From: a virus
Lineage: Duplodnaviria > Caudoviricetes
Reading direction: 5' to 3' (one strand)
DNA length: 27,873 nucleotides
Virus record (IMG/VR): IMGVR_UViG_3300025251_000061
Coordinates: 1-27,873 of that record
In this document: piece by piece, positions 9,850 through 17,960 of the stretch
Layout: each line of letters starts with the position of its first letter
Position numbering within the stretch: the stretch's first letter is position 1
The notes under the pieces: model-generated
Databases searched by the model: none
Seen by the model: only the letters and a program-made list of their open reading frames with translations
What the model was told of the DNA's origin: nothing
Made by a program: the position numbers and the translations under genes

Positions 9850-10186
9850 TTACTGTACCCTCCTCGGGTGGTTTTGCCGCGAGCGTGGGGCAATTTGCTT
9901 TCGTGTGACCGGGTTCTCGGCACACGCTGCATTTCCTCACGGGCATCGGCGTTTCCTCGTCAGCGGCCGCCTCTTCATCGGCGGGGGCTTCGGGGGAATC
10001 TGATACGGGCGTCTCTAACTCGGGCGCCTCGGGGAATGGATTGTTTGACGGCTTACCGACTTCGGGGTCAAAGGTCTCTTTGAGAGCGAGCGCTGCTGCT
10101 TCACGCTCGGCTAACATCGCGCGCACTTTCTTGACTTGCGCTCTACGCGCTTTACGGTCGCTTAGATTGAATAGGAATCTGCCCAT
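9818..10186 (-). CDS. Hypothetical protein with CCHC zinc knuckle, 122 aa
   Basis: Contains CSVCREPGHTKANC (CX2CX4HX4C), with a basic N-terminus and an acidic Pro/Glu linker. Confidence 0.75.
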   Translation of the reverse strand: MGRFLFNLSDRKARRAQVKKVRAMLAEREAAALALKETFDPEVGKPSNNPFPEAPELETPVSDSPEAPADEEAAADEETPMPVRKCSVCREPGHTKANCPTLAAKPPEEGTVSESTGDDRTE

Positions 10187-10187
10187 T

Positions 10188-10472
10188 TCATGACCTCCTA
10201 TAGTATGTATCTTCTGAGCCGGGATAATGTTCTTCCACTTCCGATTGAAGTTGCACGATTTGTGCTGCTATATCATCCAAACCAAGTTCTTCGGCGGCTG
10301 TTGTTGCGATACTCAAACCCTTATGTAATTCTTGTACTAACTGTTCATTGGGGTCGGGTCCTTGTCCCTCTTGACTACCCGATTGTTCGTACAATGCCTC
10401 ATCAGTAGTTCCACGGTATGTATCGGGTAATTCATACTTCAAAATGACCCATGCGTTGTCCATCGGATTCAT
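10188..10472 (-). CDS. Acidic hypothetical protein with AWxxLK leader (MNPMDNAWVILK), 94 aa
   Basis: Start moved from 10511 to the ATG at 10472. This ATG follows the stop of the upstream small ORF (TAA-A-ATG) and opens the shared leader. Confidence 0.75.
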   Translation of the reverse strand: MNPMDNAWVILKYELPDTYRGTTDEALYEQSGSQEGQGPDPNEQLVQELHKGLSIATTAAEELGLDDIAAQIVQLQSEVEEHYPGSEDTYYRRS

Positions 10473-10473
10473 T

Positions 10474-10620
10474 TTACTGATACCCCCCTTCGGGTGGGCA
10501 TCCACATTCATCAGTGCGTATTAAATTATGATGAGCGGCTGTGCAGCGCCGGCAAATTGGGGCTGGTGATGGTGGGTCGTAGTTTTTCAAAACGCCCCAT
10601 GCCGTATTCATCGGATTCAT
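10474..10620 (-). CDS. Unannotated 48-aa Cys/His-rich protein with AWxxLK leader
   Basis: Manual translation: MNPMNTAWGVLKNYDPPSPAPICRRCTAAHHNLIRTDECGCPPEGGYQ*. It has the RBS GGTGA-ATAAA-ATG and fills the gap between the tail tube stop and the next ATG. Confidence 0.8.
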   Translation of the reverse strand: MNPMNTAWGVLKNYDPPSPAPICRRCTAAHHNLIRTDECGCPPEGGYQ

Positions 10621-10629
10621 TTTATTCAC

Positions 10630-12612
10630 CTAACAATGCAATAGCGCGTCATGCGAGACCACTTTCACATGCTTCGGCTTGATTTTCAGTTCGCTCTTGA
10701 TGACTCCTTTGTCATCGGGGATTTGTAGAGGTGCTTCTGCTATAATATACTCGTCAATAATAACAACCATCTGCTCGCGAGCAGTTCCGGGGCCTGCCTT
10801 AGTCATTGTGAGCGTGATAGGATTACTGTCGTTACGCTCGCGATTAGTGCGGAACTCGTGCCATAGTAGCGGGTCATCAACGATGACTGTCATGCTCAAC
10901 TCGTACTCGTTCTTCCCTTCAACAATTAGCGCGGGGTTTCTGCTACCACCGAACGGTATTTGTTCTAAGGAATCGCCTGCTGTATTACGCGTCTCAGCAG
11001 CGGGCGAACCGCGCACTGTATAGTGTGTCACGGTATTATTATTCCCAGTGAGATTAAAATTAGTTACTTGAGCCATTGGTTGCCCAAACGCGGTAATACT
11101 ACCATTGTAAAACATGAACGGCTTTTCGGTGTTAGGCGCGATACCTGCCTCTTTGCGCTCTTGAATACCGTTGCCTATATTCTCAAACATTCGGTGCGCA
11201 GTGTATCTGTCACCTTTGTTTGAGTTTTCCAACCTACCTGTGTCAGTATAGCACATTAGCGCATCAAAATTGATACTTAGTTTTGCTTCTGCGTCAGCGT
11301 CAGCAGTTAGCGACCAGTCTTTGACTTTGCATCCTTTGTAGATACGCGTCAATTGTTTGCTGTCGTTCGCGGAACCGGGTACATTAGCGGCTGACTCTAT
11401 ACTATACGAGCCAACATCGCGTGAGCGCATTGAGGTCTCAACCGAAAACGATGGTATGTGCCAACCGGAGAATAATAGTCGTGAGACACGATTCTGAATG
11501 TTGCCGTATGTGGCAGCACCTGTCTCAAAGTGTGGGCTACCGTTCGCATTAGTAGCACTAAACTCCATTTTCATAATTTGACAACCTGCCGCATGGTCAA
11601 AGCAGAATGGGTCATCAACATAGATGCGGCGTTCTGTCCCGACTCGGGCGTCATACGCAATAACCCGCCGAATCTCGTTAGATTCGCTACGAGTAAAAGA
11701 GGTGTGGCTTGCGGGCCATAGAGTACCTGTTGCTTGCGCGGCATTACTTGATGGGATAGCGACAGGAGTAGCGTCACAAACTTGAATATAGTCACCCACT
11801 GCTGGCACACCAACTGACGGTGCGCCACTCAATTGAATATAATTATCACCCATATTAATAGCAAGAGCATTCCCTGCGCCTGCATGTGGCGTACCTGCTG
11901 TGATGACCACAGCGCCCGATATTGAAGCATCAACAGCATCAACTGTCGCTTCGTTACCAAGACAGTAGTAAAGCCAACGCGCGCTGTTCATCATAGTATC
12001 AAGAGTACCGCCTTCGTTAGACATTTTCTGTGGAACCTGTACGACAACATCGCGGCCGATACCGACTACATGTTGGCGCAAAACCTCAACTTTAGTTTCG
12101 GGCAGAGTGAGTGTAGCAGCAAGACCGACAAATTGGTCAGTAAGAACAGTCTCGTCACTTGCCGCCGCGCTTGCGTTATATCCACCCATCTCTGTATCAA
12201 TTGTTGGGCAACCCAGCGCGTCAATGATGATTGTGTCATGGTCGTTGGCCCCTCCACTTTGACTACCCGAAGCCCCCGCGAGCGCAGGTGTGACTGTGAT
12301 TGTCGCGCCCGAATTGGCGATGATTGTGAATAACCGGCCTGTCGTTGCGTAGTCGTCAGCATCATAATTCGCTTGGGTACTCTTGATGCGCAAGTTGCAT
12401 CCAACAAGTAGACCGGCTGGGTACTTCAAAACACCTACTCCTGAAAACATGTCAGCAGTGTGCGCGCCACCAAATGTGATGACCGAAGTGTCGCCTGTAG
12501 TGGCGTGTGTCCATGTTAAAGCGTTGGCGTGATGACTGTGCGTAAGCACGATTCCGCTTTCGTGACCGAAGGTTACTTCGGCCAAATCTCCTTTGTACAC
12601 TGTTGATGGCAT
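10630..12612 (-). CDS. Major tail tube protein with inserted domains, 660 aa
   Basis: Tube-like segments (YKGCKVKDWSLTADADAEAKLSINF; PFMFYNGSI...VTNFNLTGNNN; EGKNEYELSMTV) and position between terminator and chaperone. Confidence 0.75.
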   Translation of the reverse strand: MPSTVYKGDLAEVTFGHESGIVLTHSHHANALTWTHATTGDTSVITFGGAHTADMFSGVGVLKYPAGLLVGCNLRIKSTQANYDADDYATTGRLFTIIANSGATITVTPALAGASGSQSGGANDHDTIIIDALGCPTIDTEMGGYNASAAASDETVLTDQFVGLAATLTLPETKVEVLRQHVVGIGRDVVVQVPQKMSNEGGTLDTMMNSARWLYYCLGNEATVDAVDASISGAVVITAGTPHAGAGNALAINMGDNYIQLSGAPSVGVPAVGDYIQVCDATPVAIPSSNAAQATGTLWPASHTSFTRSESNEIRRVIAYDARVGTERRIYVDDPFCFDHAAGCQIMKMEFSATNANGSPHFETGAATYGNIQNRVSRLLFSGWHIPSFSVETSMRSRDVGSYSIESAANVPGSANDSKQLTRIYKGCKVKDWSLTADADAEAKLSINFDALMCYTDTGRLENSNKGDRYTAHRMFENIGNGIQERKEAGIAPNTEKPFMFYNGSITAFGQPMAQVTNFNLTGNNNTVTHYTVRGSPAAETRNTAGDSLEQIPFGGSRNPALIVEGKNEYELSMTVIVDDPLLWHEFRTNRERNDSNPITLTMTKAGPGTAREQMVVIIDEYIIAEAPLQIPDDKGVIKSELKIKPKHVKVVSHDALLHC

Positions 12613-12626
12613 GCCCCTTTCCCCGT

Positions 12627-13067
12627 CTACGCGATAAGTTCACTGAATATGACTATTTCTATTTGGAAGGTGTAGCGATGTAACTGTTTTGAGCGGTCTG
12701 AGAGGTCAGTTCGCGTCTTGTAAAGCAGCCTGTCAAAGTTGATTCCATCCCCTTTTCGCTTAGAATGCACGATTCTGCGAACTTCGTCTTCCATTTTACC
12801 GAGTCGCTCTCGTCCGCGGACCGTTCTCGCGTCAATTGTTACATTGATTCGCGTGTGCACGAAGTCGTAGAACACTTCGGGCTGCTCTTCGTTGTGCGCG
12901 GTCTCGTACAGGAACACGCCATCGTTGCGGTTTAGGTTGAACCTTTTACCGCGCCCTGCGTCTAAGGTAGTGATGTCGGTTATGACAGGCTTGACTTGGT
13001 CTGTGTTAGACCTGTTCCAGTTATCATCAAGGATGCTGCGGATTAGTTCAACGGATTCTGTCGCCAT
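12627..13067 (-). CDS. Tail terminator/completion-like protein, 146 aa
   Basis: Size and alpha/beta pattern (N-terminal helix, RINVTIDART, helix, HRYTFQIEIV). Lies directly upstream of the tube gene. Confidence 0.65.
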   Translation of the reverse strand: MATESVELIRSILDDNWNRSNTDQVKPVITDITTLDAGRGKRFNLNRNDGVFLYETAHNEEQPEVFYDFVHTRINVTIDARTVRGRERLGKMEDEVRRIVHSKRKGDGINFDRLLYKTRTDLSDRSKQLHRYTFQIEIVIFSELIA

Positions 13068-13070
13068 TAT

Positions 13071-13508
13071 TCATCCCCCCCGCTTCCTTTTTCTCCATTG
13101 TGACAGCCTCTCCTTCTTCTCTTGCCGCATTCTTTCTTTCTCTTGCCGCATTCTTTCTTTCTCTTCCCGCTTCTCTTCCCGCTTTCTTTTTGCTTCTTCC
13201 ACTCTTTCTTTGTGCTCACCCGAGTTCCCTCGCACCATCCCCGGGTCATAAGGTTCTGACTCAAAAACGGGTTTCGGCGGCGGCTTCGGCGTTGGTCTGC
13301 TTTGAAGGATGGGTCTAAGTCTATCCCATTCACTCATTATCTCTTCGCTGGGGTTCATATCGTCACCGATTGCGAATTGTTGTGTTAATTCTTCCTCTAT
13401 CTCCTTCATCCTTGCTCTCGCCTGTGCGTACTCTTCGTCCGAGTATTCATCTTCGTCACCAAACTCGTTTGCTTTCAGCACAGCCCAAGCCTTTTCTAAC
13501 GGATTCAT
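13071..13508 (-). CDS. Charged low-complexity protein with AWxxLK leader (MNPLEKAWAVLKA), 145 aa
   Basis: Start placed at ATG 13508, 4 nt after the upstream stop. Acidic N-half, Pro-rich hinge and an E/K/R-rich helical tail. Confidence 0.75.
   Translation of the reverse strand: MNPLEKAWAVLKANEFGDEDEYSDEEYAQARARMKEIEEELTQQFAIGDDMNPSEEIMSEWDRLRPILQSRPTPKPPPKPVFESEPYDPGMVRGNSGEHKERVEEAKRKREEKREEKERMRQEKERMRQEKKERLSQWRKRKRGG
13117..13182. repeat. In-frame tandem repeats (21 bp x2, then 12 bp x2)
   Basis: ttctcttgccgcattctttct twice (13117-13158), then ttctcttcccgc twice (13159-13182). They encode the KREEKREEKERMRQEKERMRQEK stretch. Confidence 0.85.
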
Positions 13509-13873
13509 ATTTTCACTCTCTCCTTTGATACCCGCGACTTCCGCCACCAAGTTGATACGCCCACTCTTCCGCCTTCGCGCTTATTTCATCAAGGTCTATT
13601 TTACTGGATAATGTTGGGTCCATAGTTGCTTCTATGTCACAAAACCATGCAAGATTTAACAACATTTTTATCAATTGGTTTTGCTGACTATTCGCTTCCT
13701 CAGTGCGTTGCATCATAGTATCGGGTGGTAAATCATATTCACCTGTTTCCCGGTTCTCAATAAAATTACCTACCTCCATCGGATGCACATTAAGGCTATT
13801 TCCCCGTTCATCTACAGGCCCGAAATAAGGGTTGTTTTTCAGCAAAACCCAAGCCTTTTCTAACGGATTCATA
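13484..13873 (-). repeat. 26-bp perfect direct repeat at two adjacent gene starts
   Basis: TATGAATCCGTTAGAAAAGGCTTGGG at 13509-13484 and 13873-13848. Similarity continues through TGCTGAAA after 2 mismatches. Confidence 0.9.
13513..13872 (-). CDS. Hypothetical protein with AWxxLK leader (MNPLEKAWVLLKN), 119 aa
   Basis: ATGA overlap with the upstream gene and the shared leader. The gene is more AT-rich than the adjacent adaptor gene. Confidence 0.8.
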   Translation of the reverse strand: MNPLEKAWVLLKNNPYFGPVDERGNSLNVHPMEVGNFIENRETGEYDLPPDTMMQRTEEANSQQNQLIKMLLNLAWFCDIEATMDPTLSSKIDLDEISAKAEEWAYQLGGGSRGYQRRE

Positions 13874-14117
13874 GATTTGACCTCAGTAGTTCTTCGCCTG
13901 TTTGGCTTGTAGTCTCCATTTGCCTGCGCGTAGTCTCCATGATAGGACCGAGTACCTCTTTGTCTGTAACTATCGCGAGTGTGTCGGAGTCTATAACATT
14001 CCCCTGTTCATCTACAGTGTAATCGGGTAACGCATTGACTTTCAGTATCTTGATACCGAGAGGCGTAACACCCGCTTCCGCGCGGCGCTGAGCCATAACC
14101 ATCTCCTTCACTCCCAC
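13869..14117 (-). CDS. Hypothetical protein, about 82 aa (start uncertain)
   Basis: Fills the gap after the adaptor, and its stop overlaps the next start. The start could instead be the ATG at 14102. Confidence 0.6.
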   Translation of the reverse strand: MGVKEMVMAQRRAEAGVTPLGIKILKVNALPDYTVDEQGNVIDSDTLAIVTDKEVLGPIMETTRRQMETTSQTGEELLRSNL

Positions 14118-15742
14118 GGTGTCATCATCTCCACATAGCGCGGTAGCGTCTCAGCAATCTGCTGTTTGAGTAATTGGTACTTTGAACCGAGGTCTATGTT
14201 CTGCGTTCCCTCGGGGAACAACACGCTTCGGTCGTCCGAAATCAGTAAATCCATAGCGACATATTTGGTGCAAATGTCTTCAATCGCTTTCTCAACATAC
14301 CGCTCTCCGTAAATGTAGGACACCTTTATCGCGTTCCACTGGAAATAGGGGTAAGTGTTATTGAAATAAATAATACCCAATTCGTAATCGCACCACCAAT
14401 CGCGCAGACGAGCCTCGTCCCCGGTGGTGGTTCCGACATAATCAATTAGGAACTTGTGCTGATTGACAGCAATTGCTGCTCCCGACATCGCGGCAGTGAA
14501 GCCAGCAGGTGCGAGGTCTGTCACGCCCGTAAGAGTATTACCGGTTTTACCGGTATAGTATGCCGCGACCATAGCCGTACCTGTACCTGTATAGACGATA
14601 CCATAGTTAGCGAACTCGCTCGCATCAGTAAGAGCGAGTGAGCCGCCGCCGATAGCACCGGTCGTAGTTGTAGGGAGGCTTGTCAGCCCAGTAATTGCTA
14701 CGCCTGTCTCATTTGTAGTAGCGATAGTAGCGTTCTCACCACCATCACCGCGCCTCATGGAGGTAATTTTCATTTTACCGCCACCGTAGTCGGCGTTAGC
14801 GGACGAAAAGAACTCATGATGCACATTGGCTGTTTCTAAGCCGCCTGCTGCGTGGTTTGATTCAAGGGTGAATGAAGGGGAAAATGCGACACCCGCTTTG
14901 TTTCTGCGGTTATCTTTGTTAATCAAATCAGATAGATTGCTCGCGGTTGATTCGTTGTCAAAATCCGCCCGCCAATTGCCTGTGCCTGTACCCACTTGTA
15001 GTGATGCGACACCACCGTCACCGGGGCATAGATAGAGATAGTCAGTCGCGTCAATCACGCTATTATCAAGAATCTCAACATGCGCTTCTGCCGCTGCTAT
15101 CTCTCGGTATTCTTGGCCCTGCCAAATCTCAAGTCTCACGATTTGCTGAACATTACGGAACAGCAAGGGGGTTGTACCGACATAATCGGTGTAGTACCTA
15201 CGCCTGTATGGTTTGTAAGTGTCAAAGTTCTTGTATTCAGCCGTCTGTAACATAGGACGCCACGCGTTATTCGTAAGGTTGTCAATCTTGTCTTGCGCCC
15301 TGCGGATGAGATGCTGTACAGCCGACTTTGTTATACCGCGCCGTTTGCCGTTAGTGAATGATTGTAAGTTTTGCGCGGTTGCATTATTGGCTATAGTGTG
15401 TGATGCTGTGAGACTGTACGCTCCGCCACCCACTGCTGTTTGCTGTAGAGCCAAACGCGCTTCGCCACCAACGAGAGTGATACCGCTAATGTAAGCGGTC
15501 TCGGCGAGAGTAGCGTCACTAAGCACCTCAATTTGGTCACCCACTTCGTATCCTGTCTGTCGCAGGTCAATGGGGCTGATTTCAATATAGGCGTTACCGG
15601 CTGTCGCGTTGACCGAGAGGTCATCGGGGTCGGGGAATTGGATTTGTAGTAGGTCGGCTACCTTTTGCGGGGTAGTGTAGATGGTAGCATCGGGGTCAAG
15701 GGGTTGAGGGGGTCGCTCACCGGGCTGAAATATAACTGGCAT
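14108..15742 (-). CDS. Head-tail adaptor (HK97 gp6/SPP1 gp15-like) with large insertions, 544 aa
   Basis: Adaptor-like segments YTTPQKVADLL, VQHLIRRAQDKIDNLT and VSYIYGERYVEKAIEDICTKYVAMDLL. RBS GAGGTGA. Confidence 0.75.
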   Translation of the reverse strand: MPVIFQPGERPPQPLDPDATIYTTPQKVADLLQIQFPDPDDLSVNATAGNAYIEISPIDLRQTGYEVGDQIEVLSDATLAETAYISGITLVGGEARLALQQTAVGGGAYSLTASHTIANNATAQNLQSFTNGKRRGITKSAVQHLIRRAQDKIDNLTNNAWRPMLQTAEYKNFDTYKPYRRRYYTDYVGTTPLLFRNVQQIVRLEIWQGQEYREIAAAEAHVEILDNSVIDATDYLYLCPGDGGVASLQVGTGTGNWRADFDNESTASNLSDLINKDNRRNKAGVAFSPSFTLESNHAAGGLETANVHHEFFSSANADYGGGKMKITSMRRGDGGENATIATTNETGVAITGLTSLPTTTTGAIGGGSLALTDASEFANYGIVYTGTGTAMVAAYYTGKTGNTLTGVTDLAPAGFTAAMSGAAIAVNQHKFLIDYVGTTTGDEARLRDWWCDYELGIIYFNNTYPYFQWNAIKVSYIYGERYVEKAIEDICTKYVAMDLLISDDRSVLFPEGTQNIDLGSKYQLLKQQIAETLPRYVEMMTPWE

Positions 15743-15744
15743 TA

Positions 15745-16851
15745 TTATTCACCTCTCCGTGGTGGCCCTCTCCGTGGTTGTGTTCTAACACCACCGCGCC
15801 TACCACTGCGGGTAGGTCTCGCTCTTGTAGATTGGGTAATAGGCGGTTTATTTTGACCTTCTTCCCATTCCTTGCTTCGCAGTGCTTGTCGCACCTCCTC
15901 AAGTTCTTCCATAAAATCGGGGTCTGCTTCCTGTTCTTCGTCTGACATACTGTCATATTGTTGTGCCAATGGTCTATACACATCTTTGAGTTCATCGGTA
16001 GTCATATTAGCGTAGGTATTCGGTTCACTCCTTTCTGCGCCTTCTGTGAAATAATTTTCCGCTTCTTCACCCAATTGTCTTGCCATTTCATTCAACTGTG
16101 ATTTTTCTTCTTGGGCCTGCTGTTCTTTTTCTTCGGCTGGCCTTAGATGTTCTCCTAATTCGTCCGCGGCAGTGCCCCCGCTACCGGTAATTTCTCTCCA
16201 TGCTGACTCAAGGCTGGGTTCCGGCTCTTCTTCTTCTTCGTACCCGTGCGGTACTTCGGGCCTATTTAGGTCTCTAAATGTTCTTGGGGGTCGCAGTTTT
16301 TCCGTGAAACGCTGGCCGTAGTCGCCGCGCCTGTTTATGCGTGTTAAAGTAGTAGTATCGTCTCGCATCTCCGGTTCTAATTCGTGTGGGTCGGGCATTT
16401 CAGCGCCTTCGCCAGCGAGTGCTTCATCGCGTTCAAATAGTTCTAATTCCGGCCTCTTGTCTTTTTTACCGGGTGGCCTGCCGTAGGCACCGGATGCTCC
16501 ACCTTCATAGACAGGGTCCATCGCGTCCTTTGTTTCGTCAAACAATCTTTGCCATTCTTCACCCTCCAAAAACCCGCTGTCGCTCTGCGCATGCGCATCA
16601 CGCCATTTTTGTTCCGCATCATGAAAGTCATCCGCTATCTTATTTTGCTCGTCTATATCACTACTGAACTCCGGCGGCATCGTGCCTTCCAAGCCTTCTA
16701 TCCCACCGGTACGCGCTGCTTGACCCCTATGGCGCTTACGCGCAGGGTGCGTAAGAGGTAGGTGACTCGTAGGGAATCGTTCTTTCTCACCCTCTTCGGG
16801 TGGGTCCGGCCACGCTTTCAATAATTGCCAAGCAGCGTCTATCGGGTTCAC
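15745..16851 (-). CDS. Highly acidic, probably disordered protein with AWxxLK leader (MNPIDAAWQLLKA), 368 aa
   Basis: GTGA overlap with the upstream gene. Glu/Asp/Pro-rich body and Arg/Gly-rich C-terminus. Confidence 0.8.
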   Translation of the reverse strand: MNPIDAAWQLLKAWPDPPEEGEKERFPTSHLPLTHPARKRHRGQAARTGGIEGLEGTMPPEFSSDIDEQNKIADDFHDAEQKWRDAHAQSDSGFLEGEEWQRLFDETKDAMDPVYEGGASGAYGRPPGKKDKRPELELFERDEALAGEGAEMPDPHELEPEMRDDTTTLTRINRRGDYGQRFTEKLRPPRTFRDLNRPEVPHGYEEEEEPEPSLESAWREITGSGGTAADELGEHLRPAEEKEQQAQEEKSQLNEMARQLGEEAENYFTEGAERSEPNTYANMTTDELKDVYRPLAQQYDSMSDEEQEADPDFMEELEEVRQALRSKEWEEGQNKPPITQSTRARPTRSGRRGGVRTQPRRGPPRRGE

Positions 16852-17231
16852 TGACTCTCCTCCGGTGGTAATCCGTGAGCCGTTCGCATTTGATTAAGCA
16901 TAGCGGTATGACATTCTTCACAGATATTATCACCGTGCCATTCGTCTACGGCGGGATTCACACGACATAAATCGCATACAGGGCCTTCCATCCGACTCTG
17001 CTGTCTTTGTCGCTCTTGTTCTTGTTGTAAATTACGCCACATAGAAGCCTGCTCATCGGCTCTACTCTTGTCTTCTTCATTACCCCTATACGCTTGCTTA
17101 AGGAATACCCACGCTTTCTCTAACGGGAAAGAACGATTGAGCGCTTCACGATGCACAGCGCAAAACTTCTCGTTCTGAGCGCACGCTGAATTACAACCCG
17201 ATACTGTGCAGGTTTCCCACCCTTCGTTCAT
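16848..17231 (-). CDS. Two-zinc-finger protein with internal PLEKAWVFLK motif, 127 aa
   Basis: CTVSGC...FCAVH and CDLC...CEEC motifs flank the AWxxLK peptide (aa 36-45) and a Gln/Glu/Arg-rich helix. Confidence 0.75.
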   Translation of the reverse strand: MNEGWETCTVSGCNSACAQNEKFCAVHREALNRSFPLEKAWVFLKQAYRGNEEDKSRADEQASMWRNLQQEQERQRQQSRMEGPVCDLCRVNPAVDEWHGDNICEECHTAMLNQMRTAHGLPPEESQ

Positions 17232-17509
17232 TGAGCATCCCTCACCACTCCGAGGTTATAATCCATTGGTTTGTTACACGCGCCACAGCGCTCAAGCCAA
17301 CAAAAATGTAGCATACCACAAGACCCGCAACGAGTACCGCTACCGATGTCAAGGACATCACGCGCGTTACGCGTACGAATGTTTTGCTTCTGTATGATTC
17401 CCGCGAGTGGGTCTTCCGGTGCGGTAACGCTACCTGCGCCGATTGATTCAGCCATACGCCAGCCTTTTTTTTCCATACGCGAGAGGTCGTCAACAGTATA
17501 GTTGGACAT
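17228..17509 (-). CDS. Zinc-ribbon protein, 93 aa
   Basis: RCGSCGMLHFCWLERCGAC (two CxxC pairs). RBS GAGGTGG. Confidence 0.8.
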   Translation of the reverse strand: MSNYTVDDLSRMEKKGWRMAESIGAGSVTAPEDPLAGIIQKQNIRTRNARDVLDIGSGTRCGSCGMLHFCWLERCGACNKPMDYNLGVVRDAQ

Positions 17510-17518
17510 CTATCCACC

Positions 17519-17944
17519 TCAAGCGAGTGTAGCCACCGTATAGACAATTTCGCCGCGAACTATATTCATTTCAATAATAGTATCCGCACTCGGGGCAACA
17601 CCTGTGTTCAGCATCTGACCGTAAAGTGGCGCTGCTGAGTCTTCAACATATAGAATCTCGTTATCGGCTACAGCGACAGTAATCCCTGCCCCAATAGTGA
17701 CAGCGGCTGCACCAATAGCGGTACAGACACCTAATCGTGTGTAGTTCGCGCCTTTATCGGTTTTCTTTACCCAAATGACATCACCAACAGTGATAACATC
17801 ACGCGCGTCTCCTGTAGTATAATCATCATCTACAGTCATCGCGCCGGCTTCGGCGGCTGCATAGCCGGCACCGTTATTGATTTGGATACCCGAATCGTAA
17901 GGCCCGTGAGGGGAAAAACGAAATGTCCATACTCTTCTGACCAC
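17519..17944 (-). CDS. Beta-rich virion protein, 141 aa
   Basis: Ala/Gly/Val/Thr-rich composition. RBS GGGGTGA before a GTG start. Confidence 0.7.
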   Translation of the reverse strand: MVRRVWTFRFSPHGPYDSGIQINNGAGYAAAEAGAMTVDDDYTTGDARDVITVGDVIWVKKTDKGANYTRLGVCTAIGAAAVTIGAGITVAVADNEILYVEDSAAPLYGQMLNTGVAPSADTIIEMNIVRGEIVYTVATLA

Positions 17945-17960
17945 GAGGTCTCACCCCGCA

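Noticed and set aside
10188-13550. Track starts at 10511 and 13550
   Set aside because: Both extensions overlap upstream genes. The ATGs at 10472 and 13508 follow upstream stops and open the shared leader.
10188-17231. Leader repeats read as a CRISPR array or attC-like sites
   Set aside because: The spacing is irregular and gene-sized, there is no palindromic structure, and the variation is codon-patterned.
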